64,000 bases of DNA from NCBI RefSeq assembly GCF_003918875.1, contig NW_025765103.1:1426001-1490000 (forward strand), read 5' to 3'. This DNA comes from Haliotis rubra. Lineage: Eukaryota. The position numbers were made by a program, and so were the translations under genes. Shown piece after piece: positions 37,302-50,996 of this stretch (its first letter is position 1; each line of letters begins with the position of its first letter). The notes beneath the pieces were generated by a model that saw nothing but the letters and a program-made list of their open reading frames with translations, made no database searches and was not told the DNA's origin.

Positions 37302-38762
37302 TGAGAATGTTATCTACGAGAACCTTGCCCCCTACACATGCGATTCATAAACAGTTCCTCATATCAGAGTTTGTGTCGAGTGTGTGTCTGTCACTGCATG
37401 TTGCCGACTTCATTAAGGATATCCTCGGAATAAATAATGGCTTTAATACTTCTCTGTTCTGAACGGACGTTTCCCAACAGCAATCACATCTTTATTCCAA
37501 TCGGCCAGCTTTTCTTAATCCAGTCGACAGACATCTGGGAACAAGATAATGCACACATTAATCAACGGTTTCCATGCCCGTGTTCAATAGTCCCCTTTAC
37601 AACTCTGACCTGCCGTTTCTTGTGTCACTGTAAACAATAATGTTAATCACAAAATCAATAAAACAATGATAGCAAGACTAAGTCAATCATGGCAACTCAA
37701 TCGGCGATCTTTTCGCGGACAATAGCTGCTCAGATATCGCTGTTACCGCATCCAGTATCTGTCCTGCCGACAGCCATCAATCACCCTGTACAATGGCGGG
37801 CAGTCACGGCAATGGGGAATGTCACGGGGCTTCAGGTTTTATCATTGACTTTCACAGAGGGAGAACTTCACACATCAATATGTATTTTTCTAATCATTGA
37901 TATTTTTTGTAGGAAATAATTATTTTGTGGCGTGAGATGATAATCTTAGAGTCGTAGTGAAATGCGTGATAGGAATAAACATTATATAGTGGTTTTGGTG
38001 CTACTCTCCGTTTGAACCTCGTCGTAGTGGTACTGTCCACCTCTGTGGTAGAGTGAAGAAAACATCTGTCCGGAGTGCGCTCCAAGACTCTGGGTTGGAT
38101 GCCCGCTGCGTCATTCAACAAGACTTGAAATACTTTTAGTGTCGAAAAGTTGCAAATGCAAATGTATTTCCCGATATCCATCACCTGGTAGAACACGGAC
38201 CCGGCAATGGGAACTCTTCGAGAGGTCCTGCTTTATTGCAACTACCCACAACGGCCACTCTTGTTCTATTCTAAAACACAAGCACTCCCACTGCCTCTCC
38301 ACATCTTTAGTTAGATTGTTTGTACAAATCTCGACCGACTTTTGTTTCTCTCTCATCGATCATTATTCTGTAACGGTAAAGCGACGTTCAAATCATATCG
38401 GCCCGATCCGACACAGGGAGCTATGTTAACACTGCACTTAATGCCGACAGCTCTTGTTTCTGTTGGATCTCGGGCGATTGTGTGCTGAATGATTGAAGTG
38501 TGACTACACACATGGGATACACGATACGACATGCGGTGTATGTGGAGTATGTAGTGTGGGTGTAAACAACACGACGGCTTATTGCAAGGGAAACGATCTG
38601 TCAAATTCACTGTGTCAAAGGTACTCTGCAATGTCGACACAATTTCACCTCCAAGTTTGTAGTTGGTCAGTGGTGTGAGTCGGGTTTTACACCATAAGGC
38701 TCAACAGTTTCACAAATGAATGGTGAGTTATTGTGCTATTTAGATAACCTACACTTATAAAT

Positions 38763-38940
38763 GGAAGACCTGGATCGGATGAGAACCGGTCTTCTGCAGC
38801 CCAGTCGTCAGAGGCGCTAACGTGATGGTGGAGCTCGCTAACGAGGTTGATGTCAACGTATCCCAGTTTCTCATGATTTCAATCAGTGCATTGTCAGACC
38901 AACTCTCGGTTTACAGACATATATGGAATATTGCTGTGTT
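38763..38940 (+). mobile_element. Decayed SINE family 2 copy
   Basis: GTCGTCAGAGGCGCTAAC...GCTCGCT...TTTACAGAC...GGAATATTGCTG, collinear with 12971-13165. Confidence 0.5.
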
Positions 38941-39175
38941 GTCATGGTACAGGTGCAACAGTGGCACCTCTCGAGTCCGGACACACCTCCTTTGAGAAGC
39001 GTACAGGCGATGACCATCACTCAATACCCATGGAACTCATTAATCTGGACATTTCTTAATCAGAACTATAGACTACGTTAGCTGGAAAAACAAGGTTTCA
39101 CTGTATAATGTTATAAACAGGCAACACAATCCACACGGACGTGCCGATTGAGACACTGTGTATATCAAGGTGTGT

Positions 39176-39483
39176 TAGGGTGTGTTTAAGGGCTGTGTGA
39201 GTGTTAGGGTGGGTGGCTGTGTGAGTGTTAGGGTGTGTGGCTGTGTGAGTGTTAGGGTGTGTGGCTGTGTGAGTGTTGGGGTGGGTGGCTGTGTGAGTGT
39301 TGGGGTGGGTGGCTGTGTGAGTGTTGGGGTGGGTGGCTGTGTGAGCGTTAGGGTGCGTGGCTGTGTGAGCGTTAGGGTGGGTGGCTGTGTGAGTGTTAGG
39401 GTGGGTGGCTGTGTGAGTGTTAGGGTGGGTGGCTGTGTGAGTGTTAGGGTGGGTGGCTGTGTGAGTGTTAGGGTGGGTGGCTC
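39176..39483. repeat. 24 bp minisatellite containing TTAGGG (GGCTGTGTGAGTGTTAGGGTGGGT)
   Basis: About 12 copies. Confidence 0.95.
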
Positions 39484-41519
39484 ACGTGTACAAGTAGGTA
39501 TAGGTATGTCTGTAATGCTGTCAGCAGGTATTTGAGTAATGTTTGGAAAACTGGTATATTTTAATGTTTGTACATTTACTAATATCACATATTTATATCA
39601 GATGGAATTAAAAATGGTGTCTTTACTTCATAGTAAATGTGCTGATATCACAAAGACAAATATTATTACTACCATTTATTATTAATTCAGTGTCTGAAAC
39701 GAGTGATTAGCCCCTTATAGATTTATTATCTTCCCCAATATATCCAATGTACTCAAAGTACCCAAATACCCAATATATGCTATATATCGTAAATATGATC
39801 AACAGCTACCAAACAATACTCACATGGAACCAGCGTCCTGCATCCAGCACTGGGATGCTGGCCTCATTTAGTCAATGCACGTCTCTGCGCTGCCAGGAGC
39901 CTCACGTCATCACTGTACCCGCAACAGCCTCTCTGATCTTAGCTATCACAACACATCCAAGACTACCCCAGTATCCCTACACCAATTTGCCCGATCGAGT
40001 GTAGCCACATGTATGTGGTCAGCGACAGGTGGACCGGACCACGACCTGGAGTTTACAGGAGAAGGTATTGCGTCAACGGCATCGTCTCCATCAGGAGGTT
40101 GTCTCAAAGATCTCACATACTACCTCTGACCCGGACTGTTCACTGAGTCACTGACATTTGTCTCTTAATTAAATGGCAACAGAAGTCGGTCAAATGGTGA
40201 TCAAAATCAAATCAGGGGTGTGACGTTTCACATCAGTACCCACACTTGTAAATTGAAACACCCAAGAAAATCTCCAGCTTAAAACATTTATCACTCAACT
40301 CAAAACAAAGAGCAGTTCTTTAGGATTTCACGTGGCCTTGCGAACAGACGACAAGTCGGTTATTGCTGCCCAAACCAAGAGGTAAGAGTGTATATTGAAT
40401 GGCGCCGTTGAGTACAAGGCTGTTGATTCGCCGAGCCCATATAAAGCCCGTCCTACCCGTGCTTGTGTGGGTATTTATTACAGACGGAGCTCTAGTGCCG
40501 GAGTTAGCCCTATTCACGGCAAGCTATGAAAAACGATCGATGTGACAAGCAGGTAGAATGAGTAACGGAGATTTGGAGAGTTTAATACACTGGCGCAGCC
40601 AATTATAGACATGTACCCTTACCCAAGTTGTCAACGGCAGGTGAAACACTTCGAGTTGGTTCACTGACATTTGAAAAATAACTGACGAAACTCGGACAAA
40701 AGACAACAGCATGTTGGTGTTTATATATTAACAAACGACTGTTTGAAGCAAATGCTGAATGAAACTTGTTTTCACGTCGCATGTTATGTAAACATGGACA
40801 GTTTGACCTGATGATGACCACATGAGGGGGTCTGTGGGTAGTTGTACCTGACCTTGTGACATCCCTGGGGAACGGTCGCCTGTAGGTCGGGTGTGCCGGT
40901 GTTCGGCATGTGATGAATCTCACTCATCCATGTCGAGGTCTGGCTTACCGATGGCATTGATGCTCACACTGTCAACCACTGGTTTGTCAGATCTGGTACG
41001 ATATGTGACGCGTATTGTCTTTTATGAAAATGACGCCCACTTTCCCGCTCACGCACTAATGACACGGCCACTCACTCACTCACTCACTCAGTCCATGGTG
41101 TCCATTGTTGAATCTGCAGGTCTGAATCTCCTGGAGTGTACAGACACACTTAACTATTTACATACTTACGTAAATATCTTTTAAATTATACATGCACTTA
41201 CACGCTTACTTACATACTTAGAAACATGCTTACACACGTACTATACCTACTTACACACAATCCTACATACTTACATTCTTACGTGATTACATACTTACGA
41301 GTTTTAGCACTGAGGTAGTTGCATTTTTAGGCATTTACGCACTTTTTTAATTACAAACGTACTTACTTAATTACACGCTTACTTGTGTAACCATTCTTTG
41401 ACACACTTACATACCTACACACATAGACACACACAAACAAACATACATACTTACACACATACCTGCACACTTTGACAAGTGCATACTTACTTTCATACCC
41501 ACTGTTTTACATACTTCCA

Positions 41520-41752
41520 CACTTCCATACCTACATACTTGAACACTTGCATGCTTTCACACATACCTACACACATAGACATACATACCTACACACTTGA
41601 ACACTTGCATGCTTTCACACATACCTACACACATAGACATACATACCTACACACTTGAACACTTGCATGCTTTCACACATACCTACACACATAGACATAC
41701 ATACCTACACACTTGAACACTTGCATGCTTTCACACTTGTACACATACATAC
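41520..41752. repeat. 58 bp tandem repeat within a CA/TAC-rich low-complexity tract (41150-41750)
   Basis: GAACACTTGC at 41541, 41599 and 41657. Confidence 0.9.
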
Positions 41753-42081
41753 CTAAAATGTAATAGTAGGTATATATGATAGGTTTACTGTTTCCTATTT
41801 ATCACAACATACATTGCTAAGATACATGGGAATGTGCGGGAAGTTCTGACTGTAGGTTCACTAAGATCACATTCAGGATATGTTCGATGGTGCACTTAAC
41901 CCTTCGAACTGACAGGGGTTAGGCCATAAGATTACATGGTTAATTCAATATCACCAACCGCTCTCTTCAACGTGGAACTCTGGACAAAAACTCAATGCCT
42001 AAGGTAAACACGGTCATGTAATTGGTGAAAGGATATTGAAGTATTCACTGCCAGTGATGCCAGTGTGACAGCGTTCCTTGT

Positions 42082-43022
42082 ATCAACTGCAGCCTGTTTA
42101 TGTAATAACTGATGTTGAGAGATACACATTCCACATGCTAACAAGGTACAACTGCAGCCTGTTTACGTAATAACTGATGTTGAGAGATAGACATCCCACA
42201 TGCTAACAAGGTACAACTGCAGCCTGTTTATGTAAGAACTGATGTTGAGAGATAGACATCCCACATGCTAACAAGGTACAACTGCAGCCTGTTTATGTAA
42301 TAACTGATGTTGAGAGATAGACATCCCACATGCTAACAAGGTACAACTGCAGCCTGTTTATGTAATAACTGATGTTGAGAGATAGACATCCCACATGCTA
42401 ACAAGGTACAACTGCAGCCTGTTTATGTAATAACTGATGTTGAGAGATAGACATCCCACATGCTAACAAGGTACATGTTGAGAGATAGACATTCCACGTG
42501 CTAACAAGGTACAACTGCAGCCTGTTTATGTAATAACTGATGTTGAGAGATACACATCTGCTAACAAGGTACAACTGCAGCCTGTTTATGTAAGAACTGA
42601 TGTTGAGAGATAGACATCCCACATGCTAACAAGGTACAACTGCAGCCTGTTTATGTAATAACTGATGTTTTATGTAATAACTGATGTTGAGAGATAGACA
42701 TCCTGCACCTTTTATGCTAACACACATCCCACATGCTAACAAGGTACAACTGCAGCCTGCTGATGTTGAGATATAGACATCCCACATGCTAACAAGGTTG
42801 CATGTTTATGTAATAACAGATGTTGAGAGATAGACATGATGTTGAGAGAGATAGACATCCCACATGCCACATGCTAATAAGGTACAACTGCAGCCTGTTT
42901 ATGTAATAACTGATGTTGAGAGATAGACATCCCACATGCTAACAAGGTACAACTGCAGCCTGTTTATGTAATAACTGATGTTGAGAGATACACATCCCAC
43001 ACGCTAACAAGGTACAACTGCA
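42082..43022. repeat. 65 bp minisatellite
   Basis: CAACTGCAGCCTGTTTATGTAATAACTGATGTTGAGAGATAGACATCCCACATGCTAACAAGGTA, about 14 copies. Confidence 0.95.
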
Positions 43023-43329
43023 GGTGAAGTCCAAAACGTTCACAGGACAGTAACTGAAATACTACAGGGGGGATGATTAAAATTAAGAAACTGCACGTGA
43101 AATAACTGATAACCTGTAACAAATCTGTATGGGTGAATAACTGACATACTACATAGAACTTATACACAACAGAGTGAATAACTGATACACTACGGGAAGA
43201 TTTACTTATATACTACATGCAAATATCTCAAAGAGGGTGGATAACGGATATACTACAGGATAATAAATGATATTCTACAGGGGACTAGATGATACACTAC
43301 AGGATCAACAACAAGTAGCATGCTATAGG

Positions 43330-45103
43330 GGGATAACTGATACACTACGGGGAATAACTGATATAGAGATACCGGATACACCATATGGTGAATAACTGAT
43401 AAAGAGATACCGTACGCACTGTATGGTGAAATAACTGATATAGAGATACCATACACACTATATGGTGAATAACTGATATAGAGATACCATACACACTATA
43501 TATAGAGATACCGGAGACACTATATGTGAATAACTGATATAGAGATACCAGAGACACTATATGGTGAATAACTGATATAGAGATACCGGAGACACTATAT
43601 GGTGAATAACTGATATAGAGATACCGGAGACACTATACGGTGAATAACTGATATAGAGATACCATACACACTATATGGTGAATAACTGATATAGTGATAC
43701 CATACATATGGTGAATAACTATATAGAGATACTGGAGACTATACGGTGAATAACTGATATAGAGATACCATACACACTATATGGTGAATAACTGATATAG
43801 AGATACCATACACACTATATGGTGAATAACTGATATAGAGATACCATACACACTATATGGTGAATAACTGATATAGAGATACCGGATACACTATATGGTG
43901 AATAACTGATATAGAGATACCGTACACACTATATGGTGAATAACTGATATAGAGATACCATACACACTATATGGTGAATAACTGATATAGAGATACCATA
44001 CACACTATATGGTAAATAACTGATATAGAGATACCATACACACTATATAGTGAATAACTGATATAGTGATACCGTACGCACTATATAGTGAATAACTGAT
44101 ATAGAGATACCGTACACACTATATAGTGAATAACTGATATAGAGATGCCATACACACTATATGGTGAATAACTGATATAGAGATACCGTACACACTATAT
44201 GGTGAATAACTGATATAGAGATACCATACACACTATATGGTGAATAACTGATATAGAGATACCGGATACACCATATGGTGAATAACTGATATAGAGATAC
44301 CGTACACACTATATGGTGAATAACTGATATAGAGATACCATACACACTATATGGTGAATAACTGATATAGAGATACCATACACACTATATGGTGAATAAC
44401 TGATATAGAGATACCATACACACTATATGGTAAATAACTGATATAGAGATACCATACACACTATATGGTAAATAACTGATATAGAGATGCCATACACACT
44501 ATATAGTGAATAACTGATATAGAGATGCCATACACAATATATGGTGAATAACTGATATAGAGATACCGTACACACTATATGGTAAATAACTGATATAGAG
44601 ATACCATACACACTATATGGTAAATAACTGATATAGAGATGCCATACACACTATATAGTGAATAACTGATATAGAGATACCGTACACACTATATGGTAAA
44701 TAACTGATATAGAGATACCGAACACACTATATAGGTGAATAACTGATATAGAGATACTGATATAGATGCCATACACTATATAGTGAATAACTGATATAGA
44801 GATACCAGAGACACTATATGGTGAATAACTGATATAGAGATACCGAAGACACTATATGGTGAATAACTGATATAGAGATACCATACACACTATATGGTGA
44901 ATAACTAATATAGAGATACCGGACACACTATATGGTGAATAACTGATATAGAGATACCATACACACTATATGGTGAATAACTGATATAGACATACCGTAC
45001 ACACTATATGGTGAATAACTGATATAGACATACCGTACACACTATATGGTGAATAACTGATATAGAGATACCGGAGACACTATACGGTGAATAACTGATA
45101 TAG
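43330..45103. repeat. 38 bp minisatellite
   Basis: GGTGAATAACTGATATAGAGATACCATACACACTATAT, about 45 copies. Confidence 0.97.
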
Positions 45104-46400
45104 AATAAAACACTAAAACTTCTTTGGTGGTCCAATTCATGGAGCCGAAGTTTATGTTGACGTTTTGCCATCGTCAAACCAATTCCGATTGTTATCACGT
45201 CGAATGGAAACTTTATTTTGACACATTGCACAATTACAGTTTTCAGGTTGCATGCGGTCATTCTTGTGCAAATGTGATTGTTGTTACCATGGCTGTATGA
45301 GGGAGTTTATGTGGCCTGTCAATAGATAATACTGTCCTACTGGGTTATCTACAAGACATAAAACTCAAATAGCAAATACGACAAAAGTAGTAAAACACAA
45401 TTGGCAACAGACATCACTGACGTAGAATTCAAATTACTTATAACTAAACACATTCATGAATTCTCATTTCTACTTTCAGCTATTTTTGTAATTCATGTTT
45501 GCACATGTAGGTGCACGTTTAGCCCTTCAACTGTAATTCCAGCCTGACACGCCATCCAGTTTACTCTGAACTGGGCCGATGTGTGTACAGCACAGGCTAA
45601 TCCGGCTGTTGGGGAAGAGATCGGGTGCGTGGCAGGCTTGTCCTATCAGTCTCACGCCTTGCAACTGGAGTGATATACATAGAGATAAGAATGGATTTCT
45701 TTCTTGTCCATTCAACCGTGAGGTTGGATTTCAAAACGGTTCACAACCGACGATTTCCGACTGTGATAAACTTCAATCGGTTGTGTTAAGAGAAATTTAG
45801 AACAATTTGGAGCAGTCACGAAAATGTATTGGTTGTTTCGCACTTGATGAAACCTGAAGGTTTGATAAAGAACACTATTTCTCGGCATCTTTTATTGCAA
45901 TGGCACGTGCGAAAACGTGATCTATCGTTTCAGGTTTTTCACATTGGTGTATAGTCCCATTGGTCACCCAAGATAGCACACCTGGCAACTAATTGCATGA
46001 TGTCCGCCATTCTTTAAAAAAGTACTTTAGTTAGCCAATGATGAGCAATCAATCAATGTATTGGCGGTTAATCCTTTGAAGGAAGGACGTTGTTTTTACA
46101 AAGACACTTTACGACAGGGTGTATTTAGTATAGATTAGTAAATCTACATACATAAAGACTACCTTTTGACAGCGTGTTATCGGTTAATCCTTTGATCGAT
46201 GTTTGTTTTGTAACTCAGCTGATAATTCCTCTTACTGCACTTCCATGCGCATATTACAGAAGATGTAATACATTTGCCACATCAGACCTCAATTTATAAT
46301 GATGAGTATTTACTCCAGACACAAGAAATGCCAAATGGGAACCTTTGTCGGGTAATCTGAGTGGTGTTATCACTAATTATACCTGTTATAAATTCATTAA

Positions 46401-47859
46401 CTGACTATCAAGTGAATGATGACAAACATCATGTGTAGGTTTACCACCAAACAAGGGTTACAGCAAGAAAGTAGTAATCGCTGTATTGCATGCAAGTTTG
46501 AGTGCCTGAAAAAAAAACCTTATGGGCAGACACTGTTTTGAGGATACGAACGGAACTTCATTGTTACATAAGAAATATATATAGCATTTACTGTGTACTT
46601 AGTTAAAAACTGTATATACCTATGTACCTAAGTAAAATTTCAGATTTATTTTGCAATGGCAAAGTGGGGTTGTTTAGTTTATGGATTCAAATATATCAAA
46701 TGTGTGTTTTTGATATCATAGCATACGTAATAGACATCATATTTTTACATGATTAAATATTGAGGTAAAAAACACACAGAAATTGGGTCAAATTGGATCA
46801 GTCACTATACCATCCAAACATTTGAAAATGTGAAAAAGCCTACACTGCTGGGATAATTTATTACACCCAGTCCCCGTGTCCGTCACGGTCGAGAGAGCAG
46901 AGGCTGACCAGTTTGCAGCTAGGTTAGAATGTATGCTGGAAACAATAATCGCTCTGGATCAGTGGCCCTTTAAATTCACTTTGTTGCTAAACAAACACTG
47001 TTTCTGCTTTTTATGACATTTGTTGAAGCATTAGGTGTTTCCAGGTCAGAGTTGTTAAAAATAATCAATTATACTTTAGGATTGCTTAGTACAGCTGACC
47101 CAACCAAAGTATAAGGAACGCTTCTGTTGTGGGTACAAAATACTCTTCACGACACAAGATGTTTCCGATCATAGTCTGCATGAAATGACACAGAGTCACC
47201 GGGAGGGGCACCCAAGGGGTGGGGGTGGAGGGGGCAGTGTGTGCTTAGGTCACTGGGTGAGGTGGTCGCTGTAGGATCTGGTTTGGTTCCCCTGATAAAT
47301 GAGACATTTTAGAATGTTGCTGAAAATCGCTAAAATCCACATATTGAACTTGAAACAAACATTGTGCTACGAATTATTTGGTCACTTTTACATGATGAAG
47401 CCATAGTCATACAAATGAAATCTCTGAAGAAATATCACTGAATCGCCAACATTGGATATACAAAACAACGTTGGCGCACAAGTCGAATGAGACTTTGAAA
47501 CTTGAAAGCAAGCCTTTTGTCGTACAGTCTTTCGCCACTCCATTGTCGCTCTAAATAACTCACCACAGGTCTACGTAACATGGGGTTGAACTGACCATCA
47601 AGTGAATGATGACAAATAACATGTGTAGGTTTGCCACCAAACAAGGGTTACAGCAAGAAAGTAGTAATCGCTGTATTGCATGTAAGTTTGCCTGAAAAAA
47701 AAACAACTTATGGGCAGACACTGTTTTGAGGATACGAACGGAACTTCAATGTTACATAAGAAATATATATAGCATTTACTTAGTAAAAAACTGTATATAC
47801 CTATGTACCTAATTCGAATGAGACTTTGAAACTTGAAAGCAAGCCTTTTGTCGTACAGT
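46401..47859. repeat. Local duplications: 46401-46630 is repeated at 47591-47812, and 47483-47528 at 47814-47859
   Basis: Direct sequence match with small indels. Confidence 0.9.
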
Positions 47860-48123
47860 AGAACACGGATATAATGAACTCCAAGGGACCAAGAAATTTA
47901 GTTCGCTATATCCGGTGTTCGTTATTCACATTTGACCGAGTGAGTTCGCTAATCACGTCGTTAATTGGGCTTGGGGGTAGTAAATCAGTTCGCTATAGTC
48001 GTTAATTCGCTACTCACGAGTTCGTTATTCGCGTATAATTCTAATGATATCATAAAGGATTGTTGACGGGACTTTTAAATTTGTTCGCTATATCCGTTTG
48101 TACGCTATATCCGTGTTCTACTG
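47856..48123. mobile_element. pogo/Tigger-type MITE, 268 bp
   Basis: Perfect 18 bp TIR CAGTAGAACACGGATATA / TATATCCGTGTTCTACTG, TA TSD, internal GTTCGCTA repeats. Confidence 0.92.
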
Positions 48124-49916
48124 TACATGGTTACATTGTCGAACATGGCTTCTTATATTTCTAGGTCCGGTTGGTAAGTCAGTGGCGAGGTGTTGGATAT
48201 TTGCCCAGTATTCAACGATATTATAACTTCTTGGACAAATTCCTCATGGATCAAGTATATAGCTATTCTTTTGGTTTGAGATGGTGGCGGACATATATGA
48301 AATAGACAAAGACTGATGAGCACCAGGTCTGTGGTGCGGAGGTAGAAATTGGTCGTGTCAGGATTCGATGAGGTGAAATCCCATATTTGACCTTACGATT
48401 ATGCACTCACGCTTCAAAGGACACAGAGTGGATATCAAAGATGTTCCAGGTTTGATGTCTCTGAAATAGCATCAGTCAGGGTCAGAGTTACGTTTCCACA
48501 TAAAACAAATGCCATTGGCATTATGTGGTTTCAAATACTTTCTGTCAATGTTTACCTCACTCACATCACTAGTGGCTTGGTTTAGTTGCACCAAAATACC
48601 AAATAAATGTCGAAATTTCGATAATTGAATAATTAAAATCTTGTAAAGCTACAGATATATGCGAATGTTACACATAAATGAAACAATAAATTATAAATAA
48701 TGATAAGCGTTGATACAAAATAACGTTGTACACAGAGAATTGTCCAGATCAATGCAGTTCCAGATTTTATTGGCCTTATATATAGGCATTCCCAAGTGGA
48801 CGTGAATGGGGGTTCCTGACCACCTGCGGCCCAATAACAGGATTTAGCTGTATGTATAATTTTATTGCAGCACAAACGCAAACAAATGCAATAATTTGAT
48901 CATTTTCTATCTATGTACTTGGAATCATACCCAATGATCTTGCGGTATGATTAAATTATAGTTAAATGATAAAGAAAGACGTCTTTCGGTTTAAGTTTCC
49001 AGAAGGATGTGGATGCATTGAAAAACTCATTGTTCCTTTGTAGATATCACGACTACAGTTTTAAACAATTTGTATTCTATTTCTAGTCATGAAATATGCT
49101 TACGATGCCTATTGCCACTATTGTGCTCAATTCAGACTTACAGCAATGGGCGATACCTCCTTGCATGGTAAAAGATAACGATCATTAAAGATTATAGATA
49201 CCTGAAACGAGACACCAGAAGGTACGGACTACATCATTGTGTAAATCCGATACTGAGTTGACGCCAGTTTCCACAAACTCCGTAATATTAATAACCATCA
49301 TATTCGAAGACATTTACTCATCTGCCCAACAAATACTGCTAAAAATGTATTTTGTCAGTAGATCAGGAAAACACGGCCAAATCGAGTTTACTGGCGCAGC
49401 TAGCCACAGCAAAAACCCGACTCAGTGTCGACGTTTAGAATCGGATGGTAAAAGCGGAACAATAGATATTTACGATAGCTACTGAAGATGTATACACCCA
49501 CCAATTGTCAACACTGTCCAGGGGGTAGCTGTTTGAAGGTGTAACGGGGTCAAATGTCCCACATCAAATTATCTCCTTTGAAACTGATATACATCGATAA
49601 CGGTAGCTGTTACATAAAGGGTTATTTCGCAGTTTCAAGAACATACAAGTTGCCGGCTAGCCCACTAGAGCCGGGACAAGATATCTAGATGGTGACAACG
49701 GTAGTGAAGCGCACGTAAAACACGTATAGCTTTGTTGGGTTTGTCTGCACCAATGATGACGTTCTTAGTTTCCGACACGTTACGTAATATTTCAGTCATT
49801 TAAGAGCCGAGGTAGCATGTGTGTTTACACTTGTTATCCATTTGGGTATTTAATCCCAGGTTTTCAGGGTCAAGAACAGAGCTAGATGTCCCACTGCATG
49901 GTGATCTCTCAGGTCG

Positions 49917-50996
49917 CTATTCCACATGCGTCTCGTCACCTCCCTTGATGTCACACAGTGTAGATCCAATCTCGGGGCCAGCGTGATCCTGGCTGTAGAA
50001 CACAAGGCCGGTGTTGTACAGATGCTGCTGATGCCGAGGGTCGATCCTCAGGTACCTACAGTTGTACCTCAGTTCCTCCATGTCCTCTTCGCTTGGAATA
50101 GTCAAGGAGTTCGCTCTTGGAACATACCCAAACTTAATCTTCTCATTCTTCACCTGAATCTTCTCCCGCCGTTCCTTCTTCCTCTGGGCAACAGTCCTGG
50201 CTGTTCTTGTTCTAGCTGGGGGACTCACAACGTCCCCGCGGTCCCAGAACGTCGTGCATTTCGATGGATCAGCTCTTTTAGTGTACAGGCGTCGTTCAAG
50301 GCTATATACTTCTTCCCCTACTATTGCATTTTTCTTGTGTGCAGACTGCAGCAAGTCTGCGAAGATGACTCTGTCGTTGTAGGTGGTGTTGATGCCGGTG
50401 TAGTGCAGCTGAAGATTCCGCAGTCCAGGTCGAGCTGGCGTCAGATATTGGTTCGTTTTACTAAACATATCATTTCTCTTATGGAGAAAGGTTTTCGATT
50501 TTTCGAATGCTGGATCGTAACATGATTTCTTCTTTTCGGGATTCGAGTCGTTCGTATCAACACACAAAGGATTTGATTTCCATGTCACTCCACTGACCTT
50601 TCTATTCTTTCCTGATTTTGAAGACGCATTGTCTTTACTTTGATTGCCATTCGCAGAGCTAAATCCCAGAGATGTCTTTGGTCGTGGCATCGTTGAAATT
50701 GATGCATATTTCTTATTCACTTTATGAACTATTTTTATTGCGCCTGTTGTTGATGGTCTAGGGTGCACAGAATTGTTGAACTTTGAACCATCACTCCCTG
50801 TTCCCGTGTTCGACGATGATCGGACACCAGAATCAGAAGACACGATATTGACTGAATATGGCCGTCTTGCATACACTGACACATCAATAGACACACGGGA
50901 ATACTCTCCGTGCACACCGCTCTTGAGGAACTGAAACTCTGGTTGTTGTTTAATATATTCAGCGGGAAAACGTCTAGTTGACAGAACCGTATCCAT
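49917..50996 (-). CDS. Uncharacterised 359-aa basic, largely disordered protein (single coding exon)
   Basis: 1080 nt non-repetitive ORF from AAAATGG (MDTVLSTRR) to TAG. K/S/R-rich, with C-terminal EELRYNCRYLR. Confidence 0.82.
   Translation of the reverse strand: MDTVLSTRRFPAEYIKQQPEFQFLKSGVHGEYSRVSIDVSVYARRPYSVNIVSSDSGVRSSSNTGTGSDGSKFNNSVHPRPSTTGAIKIVHKVNKKYASISTMPRPKTSLGFSSANGNQSKDNASSKSGKNRKVSGVTWKSNPLCVDTNDSNPEKKKSCYDPAFEKSKTFLHKRNDMFSKTNQYLTPARPGLRNLQLHYTGINTTYNDRVIFADLLQSAHKKNAIVGEEVYSLERRLYTKRADPSKCTTFWDRGDVVSPPARTRTARTVAQRKKERREKIQVKNEKIKFGYVPRANSLTIPSEEDMEELRYNCRYLRIDPRHQQHLYNTGLVFYSQDHAGPEIGSTLCDIKGGDETHVE

Noticed and set aside
38960-39104. Possible decayed Tigger-like MITE (also ~33300-33503)
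   Set aside because: TIR match is too short and degenerate to delimit with confidence.
49926-50525. 199-aa plus-strand ORF
   Set aside because: Antisense shadow of the 359-aa gene.
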